This document shows, one piece after another, positions 10,314-17,259 of a stretch of 64,000 nt of DNA (positions are counted from its first letter, which is position 1; every line of letters begins with the position of its first letter). The position numbers and the translations under genes were made by a program. Location: the IMG/VR virus record IMGVR_UViG_3300024999_000030, positions 1-64,000 of that record; one strand, 5' to 3'. The notes beneath the pieces were generated by a model. The model was not told where the DNA came from, did not search any database, and saw only the letters and a program-made list of their open reading frames with translations.

Positions 10314-10891
10314 TGTATGTAGAAATATCTCCTAGACAAACTGGTAAAACTACTAGACTTATAGCGGCTATTAAGGCTCATTTAGCAGCTCATCCGTCAA
10401 ATGAAGCTATACTGTATGCCGTTAATTATAATTATATTTATAATTCTATGCCTCTTGTGGATCAAGGCCGCATTAATCGTTTCAGTCGCTGTAGCTATGC
10501 CGGTCGCAATAAAATTAAACTATTTGTAGATGAATTCGATTACTTATTATCAATGGAAGATTTTAATGAAATTCGTTGTAGATATAATTTAAATAATTCA
10601 TATTGGAGCACAACACCAAGGTTTATAAGGAATTCAATTAAGAAAGACGATGATGTTTTATTATCTATCTTATTTCTTAATGGAGGAAAGTGGTTTAGTA
10701 TGAATAAGGCTAACGTTAGACATGTTTGGAGGAATCGTTTTTATCTTAAAACTATTTCAAAAGAAGTTATGAAAATAGAATATTTTGGTTACTGGTTTCC
10801 GCCGGGAATGCTTCCGGTGTTATCTAAAGATGTTTATAGTCCAGCCGGATTTATAGAACATTTTATTCCACCTAAATGGCTTGACTTTTGA
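10313..10891 (+). CDS. P-loop NTPase-like protein (terminase/helicase-like Walker motifs)
   Basis: SPRQTGKTT Walker A; LFVDEF Walker B-like. Confidence 0.55.
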   Translation: MYVEISPRQTGKTTRLIAAIKAHLAAHPSNEAILYAVNYNYIYNSMPLVDQGRINRFSRCSYAGRNKIKLFVDEFDYLLSMEDFNEIRCRYNLNNSYWSTTPRFIRNSIKKDDDVLLSILFLNGGKWFSMNKANVRHVWRNRFYLKTISKEVMKIEYFGYWFPPGMLPVLSKDVYSPAGFIEHFIPPKWLDF

Positions 10892-10909
10892 CTATTAATA
10901 TTTTATATT
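10881..10909 (+). promoter_or_regulatory. Promoter of tRNA operon 1
   Basis: TTGACT-N17-TATATT, with CTATTAAT inside the spacer. Confidence 0.85.
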
Positions 10910-10929
10910 ATTAATGAAAGAGAAATGAA

Positions 10930-10998
10930 ATGAATATAGTAAATAGTTCACTCCTGTTATCGTTGTCTAGTCTTCCTAGCGCCCGAGGGGTGTTCTAA
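10930..10998 (+). CDS. Attenuator leader peptide 1 (Leu/Ser-sensing) MNIVNSSLLLSLSSLPSARGVF
   Basis: 11 of codons 6-17 are Leu/Ser, using five different Leu and five different Ser codons; the 3' end is the antiterminator strand. Confidence 0.85.
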   Translation: MNIVNSSLLLSLSSLPSARGVF

Positions 10999-11023
10999 GT
11001 CTATCTCCCTTTAGACTTTTGAC

Positions 11024-11058
11024 AAGCCCCTCGGAAATCGGGGGGCTTTTGGTTTTTT
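11024..11058 (+). terminator. Attenuator terminator 1
   Basis: AAGCCCCTCGG-AAA-TCGGGGGGCTT plus U-tract; its 5' strand also pairs with CGAGGGG at 10984. Confidence 0.85.
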
Positions 11059-11060
11059 AT

Positions 11061-11147
11061 GCGGATATGGTGGAACTTGGTAGACACAGAAGTCTTAAAA
11101 ATTTCTGGCCCATGGCCGTCCCAGTTCAAATCTGGGTATCCGCACCA
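11061..11147 (+). tRNA. tRNA-Leu(TAA)
   Basis: Cloverleaf, loop CT-TAA-AA, long V-arm, encoded CCA. Confidence 0.92.
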
Positions 11148-11150
11148 AAT

Positions 11151-11237
11151 GCGGTGGTGATGTAATTGGTAGCCATGTCAGCCTTAGAAGCTGATGGAAG
11201 AAATTCCGTATCGGTTCGAGTCCGATTCACCGCACCA
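11151..11237 (+). tRNA. tRNA-Leu(TAG)
   Basis: TCAGC-CTTAGAA-GCTGA arm, long V-arm, CCA. Confidence 0.92.
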
Positions 11238-11280
11238 AAAAGGGGATACTGGACGAAGATTAAATATGGTAAATTATAAT

Positions 11281-11358
11281 GGGCCGGTGATGCAATTCGG
11301 TAGACATCAATCTCTCAAAAAGATTGTTTTAAGGTTTCGAACACCTTCCGGCCTACCA
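11281..11358 (+). tRNA. tRNA-Leu(CAA), short variable region
   Basis: CAATCT-CTCAAAA-AGATTG; only ~4 nt before T-stem; CCA. Confidence 0.85.
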
Positions 11359-11365
11359 AAATAAT

Positions 11366-11453
11366 GGAGGGTGGGGCCACTTGTCTAGTGGACACCGCCT
11401 TGAAAGCGGTTGAGACTTTAGGGTTTTCGGTTGAATTCCGACACCCTCCTCCA
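11366..11453 (+). tRNA. tRNA-Ser(TGA), 8/4 acceptor/T-stem type
   Basis: GGAGGGTG/CACCCTCC 8 bp, TCGG/CCGA 4 bp, 5 bp D-stem with 5 nt loop, U73. Confidence 0.8.
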
Positions 11454-11456
11454 AAT

Positions 11457-11544
11457 GGAAGATTGGCCGAGTGATTTAAGGCTCCGGTTTGCTAAACCGG
11501 CGAGTCGAAAGGCTCCAAAGGTTTGAATCCTTTATCTTCCGCCA
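11457..11544 (+). tRNA. tRNA-Ser(GCT), canonical 7/5
   Basis: CCGGT-TTGCTAA-ACCGG, long V-arm, G73-CCA. Confidence 0.92.
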
Positions 11545-11547
11545 AAC

Positions 11548-11635
11548 GGAGAGTGAATCGGTCGGGGACCGAACACGCTCGGAAAGCGTTGTGTATCCGC
11601 AAGGATATAGGAATCGTGCTCTTCGCTCTCCGCCA
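11548..11635 (+). tRNA. tRNA-Ser(GGA), 8/4 (or 9/3) type, C33
   Basis: GGAGAGTG(A)/(T)CGCTCTCC, long D-stem TCGGT/ACCGA, loop TC-GGA-AA, V-arm with GCAA loop. Confidence 0.78.
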
Positions 11636-11641
11636 ATTTAT

Positions 11642-11728
11642 GGGAAGTGATCTGAACCGTTGTTCAGCATCGTCTCGAAAACGAATGGGACCTTCGGGTT
11701 TAGGGTTGAACTCCTTCGCTTCCCGCCA
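11642..11728 (+). tRNA. tRNA-Ser(CGA), 8/4 (or 9/3) type
   Basis: GGGAAGTG(A)/(T)CGCTTCCC; 6 bp D-stem CTGAAC/GTTCAG with 4 nt loop; loop CT-CGA-AA. Confidence 0.8.
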
Positions 11729-11731
11729 AAC

Positions 11732-11763
11732 AAAAAAGCCCAGGTATAAATACCTGGGCTTTT
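11732..11763. terminator. Bidirectional terminator ending tRNA operon 1
   Basis: AAAAAAGCCCAGGTA-TAAA-TACCTGGGCTTTT between convergent units. Confidence 0.8.
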
Positions 11764-11782
11764 ATTAATATGTTATTGGATT

Positions 11783-12202
11783 TTATTTCTTGTTATACAA
11801 TTTCAAATTTGATCTTTTATTAAATTTACTTATTGATAAATCTGAGCCCTCAATCCATGCAAAAAACTCGGCTCTAGATAATGGTACAGCTTCTCCTGTT
11901 GCATAATTTTCTATATATATACCAGCTGGGGTATATGATCCCCGCACATATTCTTTAATAAGATTTTTTTGTGCACTAGTTATGTTTCCATCTAATCTTA
12001 TGGCCATTCCGCTACCAGGAAAAACATGTATCTCAATGGCATTCTTTCCTTTAACTCCTAAAGCCTCTTTAGTACTACGATGTTTACCATTTAAAGTTGG
12101 AACAAAAGAACCATTTTCTAAAACTATTAAATGTTGTCCTTTATATTCTTCTATATTGTTAGCTGGTTCTATTTTTAAAGCTTGAGCTATAAAAAGACGC
12201 AT
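11783..12202 (-). CDS. Hypothetical protein (only convincing minus-strand gene)
   Basis: GGGAG RBS and CTATTAAT motif on the minus strand upstream; ends at the bidirectional terminator. Confidence 0.7.
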   Translation of the reverse strand: MRLFIAQALKIEPANNIEEYKGQHLIVLENGSFVPTLNGKHRSTKEALGVKGKNAIEIHVFPGSGMAIRLDGNITSAQKNLIKEYVRGSYTPAGIYIENYATGEAVPLSRAEFFAWIEGSDLSISKFNKRSNLKLYNKK

Positions 12203-12272
12203 AGATAGTCTCCCAATCAGGCTATAATTATTAATAGCTTGACTTGAACCCTAATGAGTATTATATTATTAT

Positions 12273-12620
12273 ATGTTACATAAGTTTGAATGTTTATTAG
12301 TTAAACTTAAATTATATGATTTTTGGTGGAGCCTACAGAGGCGGTGGTGGCAAACACATGTTATCAAAAATAAGACTCTTATTCCATGTGGATCATATTG
12401 TTATTGTTATTTAGATGACTTGATTCCAAACAAATATAAGCTAATTACAAAAAAGAGGTGGAAAGCTTGTCCCTATCTTAGAAATAAAATTAATGCTCCT
12501 GATCAAAATTACGGTTATTGTATTTATTTAGATTTGGGAGATTTTGACGACACTCCTTATATTTCTTTATTGTGGGATCAATGTAAAGAATGTGGAATAA
12601 ACAATGATCTTGACTTTTAA
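12273..12620 (+). CDS. Hypothetical Cys-rich protein
   Basis: Promoter at 12239; IPCGSYCY...ACPY...YCIY...QCKECGIN. Confidence 0.65.
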   Translation: MLHKFECLLVKLKLYDFWWSLQRRWWQTHVIKNKTLIPCGSYCYCYLDDLIPNKYKLITKKRWKACPYLRNKINAPDQNYGYCIYLDLGDFDDTPYISLLWDQCKECGINNDLDF

Positions 12621-12653
12621 ATGTATTTATATTATATTTATATAGAGGGTAAT

Positions 12654-12842
12654 ATGAAGAATGCAGCAGAAACTTGGAAAAAGCTATGGAACGTTAATTA
12701 TAATATTAACTTTAAAGGTTTGAATACGTTTGGTAGAATTGTCTTTTTTCCTGTTTTTATTGCTGGTGCTTTTTGTATTGTTTTAGAATATCCTGTATTT
12801 TTATTTCAAGGGCTATGCGAAAATTGGAGAAGATTATGGTAG
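12654..12842 (+). CDS. Small membrane protein
   Basis: GAGGG RBS; one hydrophobic segment; promoter at 12610. Confidence 0.55.
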   Translation: MKNAAETWKKLWNVNYNINFKGLNTFGRIVFFPVFIAGAFCIVLEYPVFLFQGLCENWRRLW

Positions 12843-13015
12843 AAATGAAAGAAATCCCTATTTCCGAGTGGCCCGAAGAAGATCGAGAACAAGTTCTAAA
12901 TCTTTTACAGTGGTCAGCAAATAGATGTGTTCAAGCGGCCAAAGAGGCTATGGAACAATCAGATATTAAATTTACAGAAGAAGAATTAGAGGAAATGGGT
13001 AAAATAGATGTCTAA
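12836..13015 (+). CDS. Small acidic hypothetical protein
   Basis: GGAG RBS; overlaps neighbours. Confidence 0.55.
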   Translation: MVEMKEIPISEWPEEDREQVLNLLQWSANRCVQAAKEAMEQSDIKFTEEELEEMGKIDV

Positions 13016-13484
13016 GATAGGATTATTTAAAACAGCCATATATCCATTGCCCGTTATTATATCTGATAGTAAATCATCTATAGATGGGCTTTGGGCGAAG
13101 ATTAAAAATACACCAGATTACAAACGTTTAATCCAGCATCCAAATAAATATAAGTTTAATCAATTAGATATGTTGGTTAATAGAACTTTATTCTTTGCTG
13201 TGATATTAGCTGATAGTTTAATCTTATTGAGACGGGACTATGTTGAATGGAAGGCGGCTGGTAGTAAGGACCTAGACAAACAACGCCTCATGGAAATAGA
13301 TTTAAATAAGTTGAATAGCCTTTCTAAGGCTGGGGGATTATTTGGAGTTGGTATGGAAAAGCCAGAAATTTCAGATATAGCTTCAGAAGTTGCTAGTCGA
13401 ATCTCGTATTGGAAAGACTATAGATATATTCATGAATTACTATCTCAATTTTATAGAGATACTTTTGGAGGAACTATGTCTTAG
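13008..13484 (+). CDS. Hypothetical protein
   Basis: 158 aa ORF, TAG stop. Confidence 0.65.
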   Translation: MSKIGLFKTAIYPLPVIISDSKSSIDGLWAKIKNTPDYKRLIQHPNKYKFNQLDMLVNRTLFFAVILADSLILLRRDYVEWKAAGSKDLDKQRLMEIDLNKLNSLSKAGGLFGVGMEKPEISDIASEVASRISYWKDYRYIHELLSQFYRDTFGGTMS

Positions 13485-13565
13485 AATTCTTCGGTTGGTC
13501 CTCGCGCACCTCCTTATTAAATTAGTGTAAAAACATCTATCACGCTAATATAATTGGAGGACACA

Positions 13566-13985
13566 ATGGATACGTTCAAAACTGAATTTAAAAAACTTGC
13601 ACACGAAAAGAAATTAACCCGCTACGACATGGCATTATATTGTTTGTCAAAGGCGATTCTGAAAGATAATAGTTACGAAAGAGCGAGTATCTTTCTTAAT
13701 AAAAGTTTCACCCCTGTTACTAAATCCATAAAATTAAAAAATGGAGCACGTCCCTGGTTTTCATTGTGGGACGCTCTTCATTCTCTAGATAAGGCCCTCT
13801 TAACTATAAGAAAGCAATCAGAATTATTTAATTATAATTTCTCTGGTCCTTGGGCTGAAAACATCAAATTGTTAACTAGTACAATGACAGAAGATGATTT
13901 AGTTAAGATATCATCTTTATTAATTCAGTTTAAATCTACTTATGGTGAGATTAGATTCTATGAGAAAGTTGAGGTGGTATCATGA
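13566..13985 (+). CDS. Hypothetical protein
   Basis: GGAGG RBS before ATG 13566. Confidence 0.65.
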   Translation: MDTFKTEFKKLAHEKKLTRYDMALYCLSKAILKDNSYERASIFLNKSFTPVTKSIKLKNGARPWFSLWDALHSLDKALLTIRKQSELFNYNFSGPWAENIKLLTSTMTEDDLVKISSLLIQFKSTYGEIRFYEKVEVVS

Positions 13986-14189
13986 GCCTCAAATCTCTCA
14001 GAGAGGTACAGAGACTTATAGAATTGGTCATAGCACATGTCTGGTAAATCTGAAGATGAACAAGATGTCATCAGAGATAATATGGGTTTTCTCTTTCGTG
14101 ATATGACAGATGAAGAGAATAAGATTGTAGAAGAGCTATCAGCTAATCTGTATAGGCTGGAAGATGTGTTGGGAGGAAGTCATGAGTGA
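13982..14189 (+). pseudogene. Small gene, possibly frameshifted (13982 frame into 14037-14189 frame)
   Basis: RBS-led ATG 13982 stops after 21 codons; protein-like frame MSGKSEDEQDVIRDNM... runs to TGA 14189. Confidence 0.35.
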
Positions 14190-14514
14190 TACTCCTTATA
14201 CTTACATCATAGTCCGTAAAGACATCTCTCCAGAGCAACAGACAGTACAAGCTTGTCATGCTGCATTGGAGGTTGGGTTTAGATTTGAGAAACCAGAAAA
14301 AACATCTTTCTTGATTTTATTGGAGGTGGTTAATCAAGCAGAATTGTTAGCCGCTTCTTAGGAACTTGACAAAAGATGCATTGCTAGTTATATTTTCTTT
14401 GAGCCGGATAATAATATGGGGTATTCGGCTCTATGTACTAAACCTATTTATGAAAGGAAGGAAAGAAATGTCTTTAACAGATGGAAGCTCTTCACGGGAT
14501 CTAGTAAATTATGA
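14182..14514 (+). CDS. Peptidyl-tRNA hydrolase type 2 (Pth2)-like protein with in-frame TAG at 14359-14361
   Basis: YIIVRKD...Q.CHA N-half; after TAG the same frame gives ELDKRCIASYIFFEPDNNMGYSALCTKP..., completing a ~110 aa Pth2-like domain. Confidence 0.7.
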
Positions 14515-14689
14515 GATTGTGCTGCGTGGTCCCAATGGAATGTTTCAAGTGGCCGAGCAAGATAGTGCTGTGGTTTTAGTTAATGAAGAAGGTAAGGTTA
14601 TTGAGAGCAGATTGTATGACGATAGAGACTTTAGAATTATTCAAATGTTCAAAGCTGGTTTACGTCATACTGGGATCGGAAGTTTCTAA
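14468..14689 (+). CDS. Hypothetical protein
   Basis: AAGGA RBS before ATG 14468. Confidence 0.5.
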   Translation: MSLTDGSSSRDLVNYEIVLRGPNGMFQVAEQDSAVVLVNEEGKVIESRLYDDRDFRIIQMFKAGLRHTGIGSF

Positions 14690-14707
14690 ATTAAGTTATT
14701 TTTAAGG

Positions 14708-14783
14708 GTCCAGTTAGCTCAATTGGCTAGAGCAGTATTCTCTAAAAACACTGACATCCGTTCGATCCGGATACTGGACACCA
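14708..14783 (+). tRNA. Amber suppressor tRNA (CTA)
   Basis: 76 nt cloverleaf GTCCAGT/ACTGGAC; loop CT-CTA-AA; one A.C mismatch in anticodon stem; TTCGATC T-loop; CCA. Confidence 0.85.
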
Positions 14784-14797
14784 AAAGGAAATAAATT

Positions 14798-15046
14798 ATG
14801 CCATACATACCAGAATCAGATAGAGACAGATTACGTCCTCATTGTGGACCGGAAAACGTTGGTGAATTGAATTATGTTATTACATCAATTATTGATAATT
14901 ATATCGGTCCATCTATGAGATATTCAGATATTAATGCAGTAATAGGTGCTCTGGAGTGTGCTAAACTTGAATTATATCGACGTTTAGCGGCTCCATATGA
15001 AGACGAAAAAAAGGAAATAAACGGAGACGTTTATCAAAATAGATAG
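14798..15046 (+). CDS. Conserved small phage protein (DUF6899-like)
   Basis: MPYI...GELNYVIT...Y..INAVIGALECAKLELYRR..APYED.K...NGDV. Confidence 0.65.
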   Translation: MPYIPESDRDRLRPHCGPENVGELNYVITSIIDNYIGPSMRYSDINAVIGALECAKLELYRRLAAPYEDEKKEINGDVYQNR

Positions 15047-15051
15047 GAGAT

Positions 15052-15501
15052 ATGGAAATGCAGAAAAAGAAAGTTCATCGAATCCTTGCTCCCCGCCCTA
15101 AAGTTTATTTGGCGGGACCTATTAAGGATTGTACTGATGCAGAGGCAGGTGATTGGCGTAAAGAAGCTACGGAAAAACTAGCTGAAATTGGATATGACGT
15201 ATTAGATCCATTCAAGCGAGACTATCGTGGTGTCGAAGATAATCATTGGCAAGAGATTGTCGAGGGTGATAAACACGACATTGAAGCGGCAGATTATATA
15301 ATTGCTAATTGCCCAAAAGCCAGTGCAGGGACTAGTATGGAAATTTATCTATCTTGGGAAATGGGAAAGGCTCCAATTGTTATTGCTCCTAAACCTGTAA
15401 GCCCATGGGTTAGATATCATGCTGCGGACGTGGTTGATAGTTTAGATGAAGCTATTATGATGTTGAAAATTTTTGGGTCTCGAAAAATAGCAAACAAATA
15501 A
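15052..15501 (+). CDS. Nucleoside 2-deoxyribosyltransferase-like protein
   Basis: VYLAGPI...DWR...LDP...D..DI..AD.IIA.....SAGTSME. Confidence 0.8.
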   Translation: MEMQKKKVHRILAPRPKVYLAGPIKDCTDAEAGDWRKEATEKLAEIGYDVLDPFKRDYRGVEDNHWQEIVEGDKHDIEAADYIIANCPKASAGTSMEIYLSWEMGKAPIVIAPKPVSPWVRYHAADVVDSLDEAIMMLKIFGSRKIANK

Positions 15502-15567
15502 CTTGACTTTTTTATAGATCTGAGTTATATTATCAATGCACGCTAATCTTGAGGAGGATATTTAAAA

Positions 15568-16173
15568 ATGAAGAAATTTATTTGCACAATGTTGGCAGCG
15601 GCTCTTGTGGGGCTCTCGGCCTTTGCGGCTGCACCTGAACGTAAGTATGAGCTAACTTTTGGGCCTGCTTATACTTGGTCTGAATCAGCTCATATGCAGA
15701 GTTTGAATGGTCTTTCGTCCGCAACTAATATTAAGCTTTCGTTTCAAGATGATATGGGTCTTTATGTCGGGTTTTTCTTGCCTATTAGCAAGAATTTAGG
15801 ATTTTATCCTGGCCTTACGGCAAATTGGGACGGAAAGTTTTGGAGAGATGGTCAGTCTTATAATCAAATTACCTTTAAGACTTATGCTCTTGATCTAGAC
15901 GCACGATACAATTTTAATTTTAACAGTGGCACTTTTTATTTGATGGGTGGACCTACTATCACTTTCCTTCCCGAAGGGCAGCGACTTTCCGCGAATGTGG
16001 GTGTTGGTCTTAACTTTAAGTTGTTTTCATCTGACGCGTTTCGTCTTACCTTTGAGGGTAAGTATCGCGTCAACCCTAGCACTTTTTCCTACACTGATGT
16101 TAAGGGTGGGGATTATGAGTCTGCTCGTCCTGAGACTTGGACGGCTTTTACTGGCTTGACTTTTAAGTTCTAA
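15568..16173 (+). CDS. Outer-membrane beta-barrel protein with signal peptide
   Basis: MKK + hydrophobic + AFA signal; alternating beta strands; C-terminal GLTFKF. Confidence 0.8.
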   Translation: MKKFICTMLAAALVGLSAFAAAPERKYELTFGPAYTWSESAHMQSLNGLSSATNIKLSFQDDMGLYVGFFLPISKNLGFYPGLTANWDGKFWRDGQSYNQITFKTYALDLDARYNFNFNSGTFYLMGGPTITFLPEGQRLSANVGVGLNFKLFSSDAFRLTFEGKYRVNPSTFSYTDVKGGDYESARPETWTAFTGLTFKF

Positions 16174-16184
16174 GGTTGTATATT
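16156..16184 (+). promoter_or_regulatory. Promoter of tRNA operon 2
   Basis: TTGACT-N17-TATATT overlapping the OMP gene end; TATTAAT at 16181. Confidence 0.85.
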
Positions 16185-16218
16185 AATATTTATTGTAATA
16201 AATAGAAAAGAGGAGAAA

Positions 16219-16308
16219 ATGCTTTCTACTTGGTCTCACATCGAATTTGCCGAACGCCATAACGTGATGTTTAATGATATCGCGGGCGTTGGGAGCATTT
16301 GTTTGTAA
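16219..16308 (+). CDS. Attenuator leader peptide 2 MLSTWSHIEFAERHNVMFNDIAGVGSICL
   Basis: AGGAG RBS; codons 5-22 contain all of W,H,I,E,F,A,N,V,M,D, matching the downstream tRNAs. Confidence 0.88.
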   Translation: MLSTWSHIEFAERHNVMFNDIAGVGSICL

Positions 16309-16332
16309 GGCCAAATTAAAAGGCGTGCAAAC

Positions 16333-16366
16333 AAAGGCTCCCGGGAAACTGGGAGCCTTTTACTTT
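16333..16366 (+). terminator. Attenuator terminator 2
   Basis: AAAGGCTCCCGG-GAAA-CTGGGAGCCTTT plus U-tract; alternative pairing with GGGAGCATTTGTTTG at 16291. Confidence 0.88.
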
Positions 16367-16373
16367 ATGTGTG

Positions 16374-16451
16374 GTGACGGAACGCGAAGCGGACGAGCGG
16401 ACTGTCTGTGAAACAGTTGATTAGAGGTTTCGAGGACCTTCCGTCACACCA
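16374..16451 (+). tRNA. tRNA-His(GTG), A73, possible 8/4 fold
   Basis: ACTGT-CTGTGAA-ACAGT; GTGACGGA/TCCGTCAC can form 8 bp with AGGT/ACCT T-stem. Confidence 0.82.
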
Positions 16452-16456
16452 AATAT

Positions 16457-16532
16457 GCGTCTGTGGTGTAAAGCCTAAGCATGATGGACTCCAAACCCAT
16501 CGGATTCAGCTGGCAACTGAGCGGACGTGCCA
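16457..16532 (+). tRNA. tRNA-Trp(CCA)
   Basis: Loop CT-CCA-AA; atypical T-loop CTGGCAA; G73-CCA. Confidence 0.8.
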
Positions 16533-16538
16533 AAATAT

Positions 16539-16620
16539 TCAGGAGAGCGCATATGGGTTGCGACCTGGCTGTTAACCAGATGCGAAAGCACACAGAGTTC
16601 GATTCTCTGCTCCTGAGCCA
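16539..16620 (+). tRNA. tRNA-Asn(GTT) with extended variable arm
   Basis: Loop CT-GTT-AA; V-region TGC-GAAA-GCA hairpin. Confidence 0.85.
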
Positions 16621-16627
16621 AATATAT

Positions 16628-16705
16628 GCCCTGGTAGCTCAGGTGGTTTAGAGCAATCGCTTGATAAGCGATAGGTCGTAAGTTCAAGTCTTACTCGGGG
16701 CACCA
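16628..16705 (+). tRNA. tRNA-Ile(GAT)
   Basis: Canonical cloverleaf, ATCGC-TTGATAA-GCGAT. Confidence 0.93.
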
Positions 16706-16708
16706 AAT

Positions 16709-16783
16709 GCCGCTTTAGCTCAGATGTAGAGCGCTGGCCTGAAGAGCCAGGCGTCGGAGGCTCAAGATCTCCAGGCGGCACCA
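16709..16783 (+). tRNA. tRNA-Phe(GAA)
   Basis: CTGGC-CTGAAGA-GCCAG. Confidence 0.9.
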
Positions 16784-16791
16784 AAAATTGA

Positions 16792-16885
16792 TGCGGGGTA
16801 GACTAGCGGTTCAGTCACTTGGTTCATACCCAAGCCGCACGGTAGCCAATCCGTCAGGTGGGTTCGACTCCCATCCCCGCCACCA
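16792..16885 (+). tRNA. tRNA-Met(CAT), initiator-like, with ~23 nt variable arm
   Basis: 1.72 mismatch (T.C), A11-U24 pair, loop TT-CAT-AC, ACGG/CCGT hairpin in V-region. Confidence 0.78.
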
Positions 16886-16894
16886 AAAATTTAT

Positions 16895-16971
16895 ACCTTG
16901 GTCACCAAGACGGTAAGGTGTAGTCCTCATAAGACTATTATACGGCAGTTCGAGTCTGCCCCAAGGTACCA
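16895..16971 (+). tRNA. tRNA(CAT): elongator Met or Ile2
   Basis: TAGTC-CTCATAA-GACTA; identity not resolvable by eye. Confidence 0.8.
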
Positions 16972-16973
16972 CT

Positions 16974-17050
16974 GCCGTTAAAGAGGAAGGACACGACTCA
17001 CCTGCCTGTCACGCAGGGGAAAGCCAGTGGAAGTCTGGTTGGCGGCGCCA
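16974..17050 (+). tRNA. tRNA-Asp(GTC)
   Basis: CCTGC-CTGTCAC-GCAGG, G73-CCA. Confidence 0.87.
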
Positions 17051-17055
17051 CTTAT

Positions 17056-17176
17056 GGGTCTATCATCTAATAGGGCCATCCGTGATACTAGAGGTATTTA
17101 GTACATGCAAGGGCGAAAATTAAGATGCTCCCGCAGAAAGGGAGTCATGTGGGTGCAAGTCCCGACGGATCCACCA
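17056..17176 (+). ncRNA. tRNA-like RNA with ~45 nt D-loop insertion and non-canonical anticodon loop
   Basis: D-stem ATCT/AGAT encloses a long hairpin; CTCCC-GCAGAAA-GGGAG; imperfect T/acceptor stems; ends ACCA. Confidence 0.6.
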
Positions 17177-17183
17177 AGTTTAT

Positions 17184-17257
17184 GGGGTAATCGTTTAGTG
17201 CTAGGACGAACGGCTCTCTACCGTTAAACCGGAGTTGAATTCTCCGTTACCCTACCA
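17184..17257 (+). tRNA. tRNA-Glu(CTC)
   Basis: AACGG-CTCTCTA-CCGTT, CCA. Confidence 0.82.
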
Positions 17258-17259
17258 AT

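Noticed and set aside
10914-10932. Alternative mini-ORFs MKEK* (10914) and MK* (10925) as the real leader 1
   Set aside because: Neither reaches the antiterminator nor has sensing codons. They might modulate initiation at 10930, which I cannot test.
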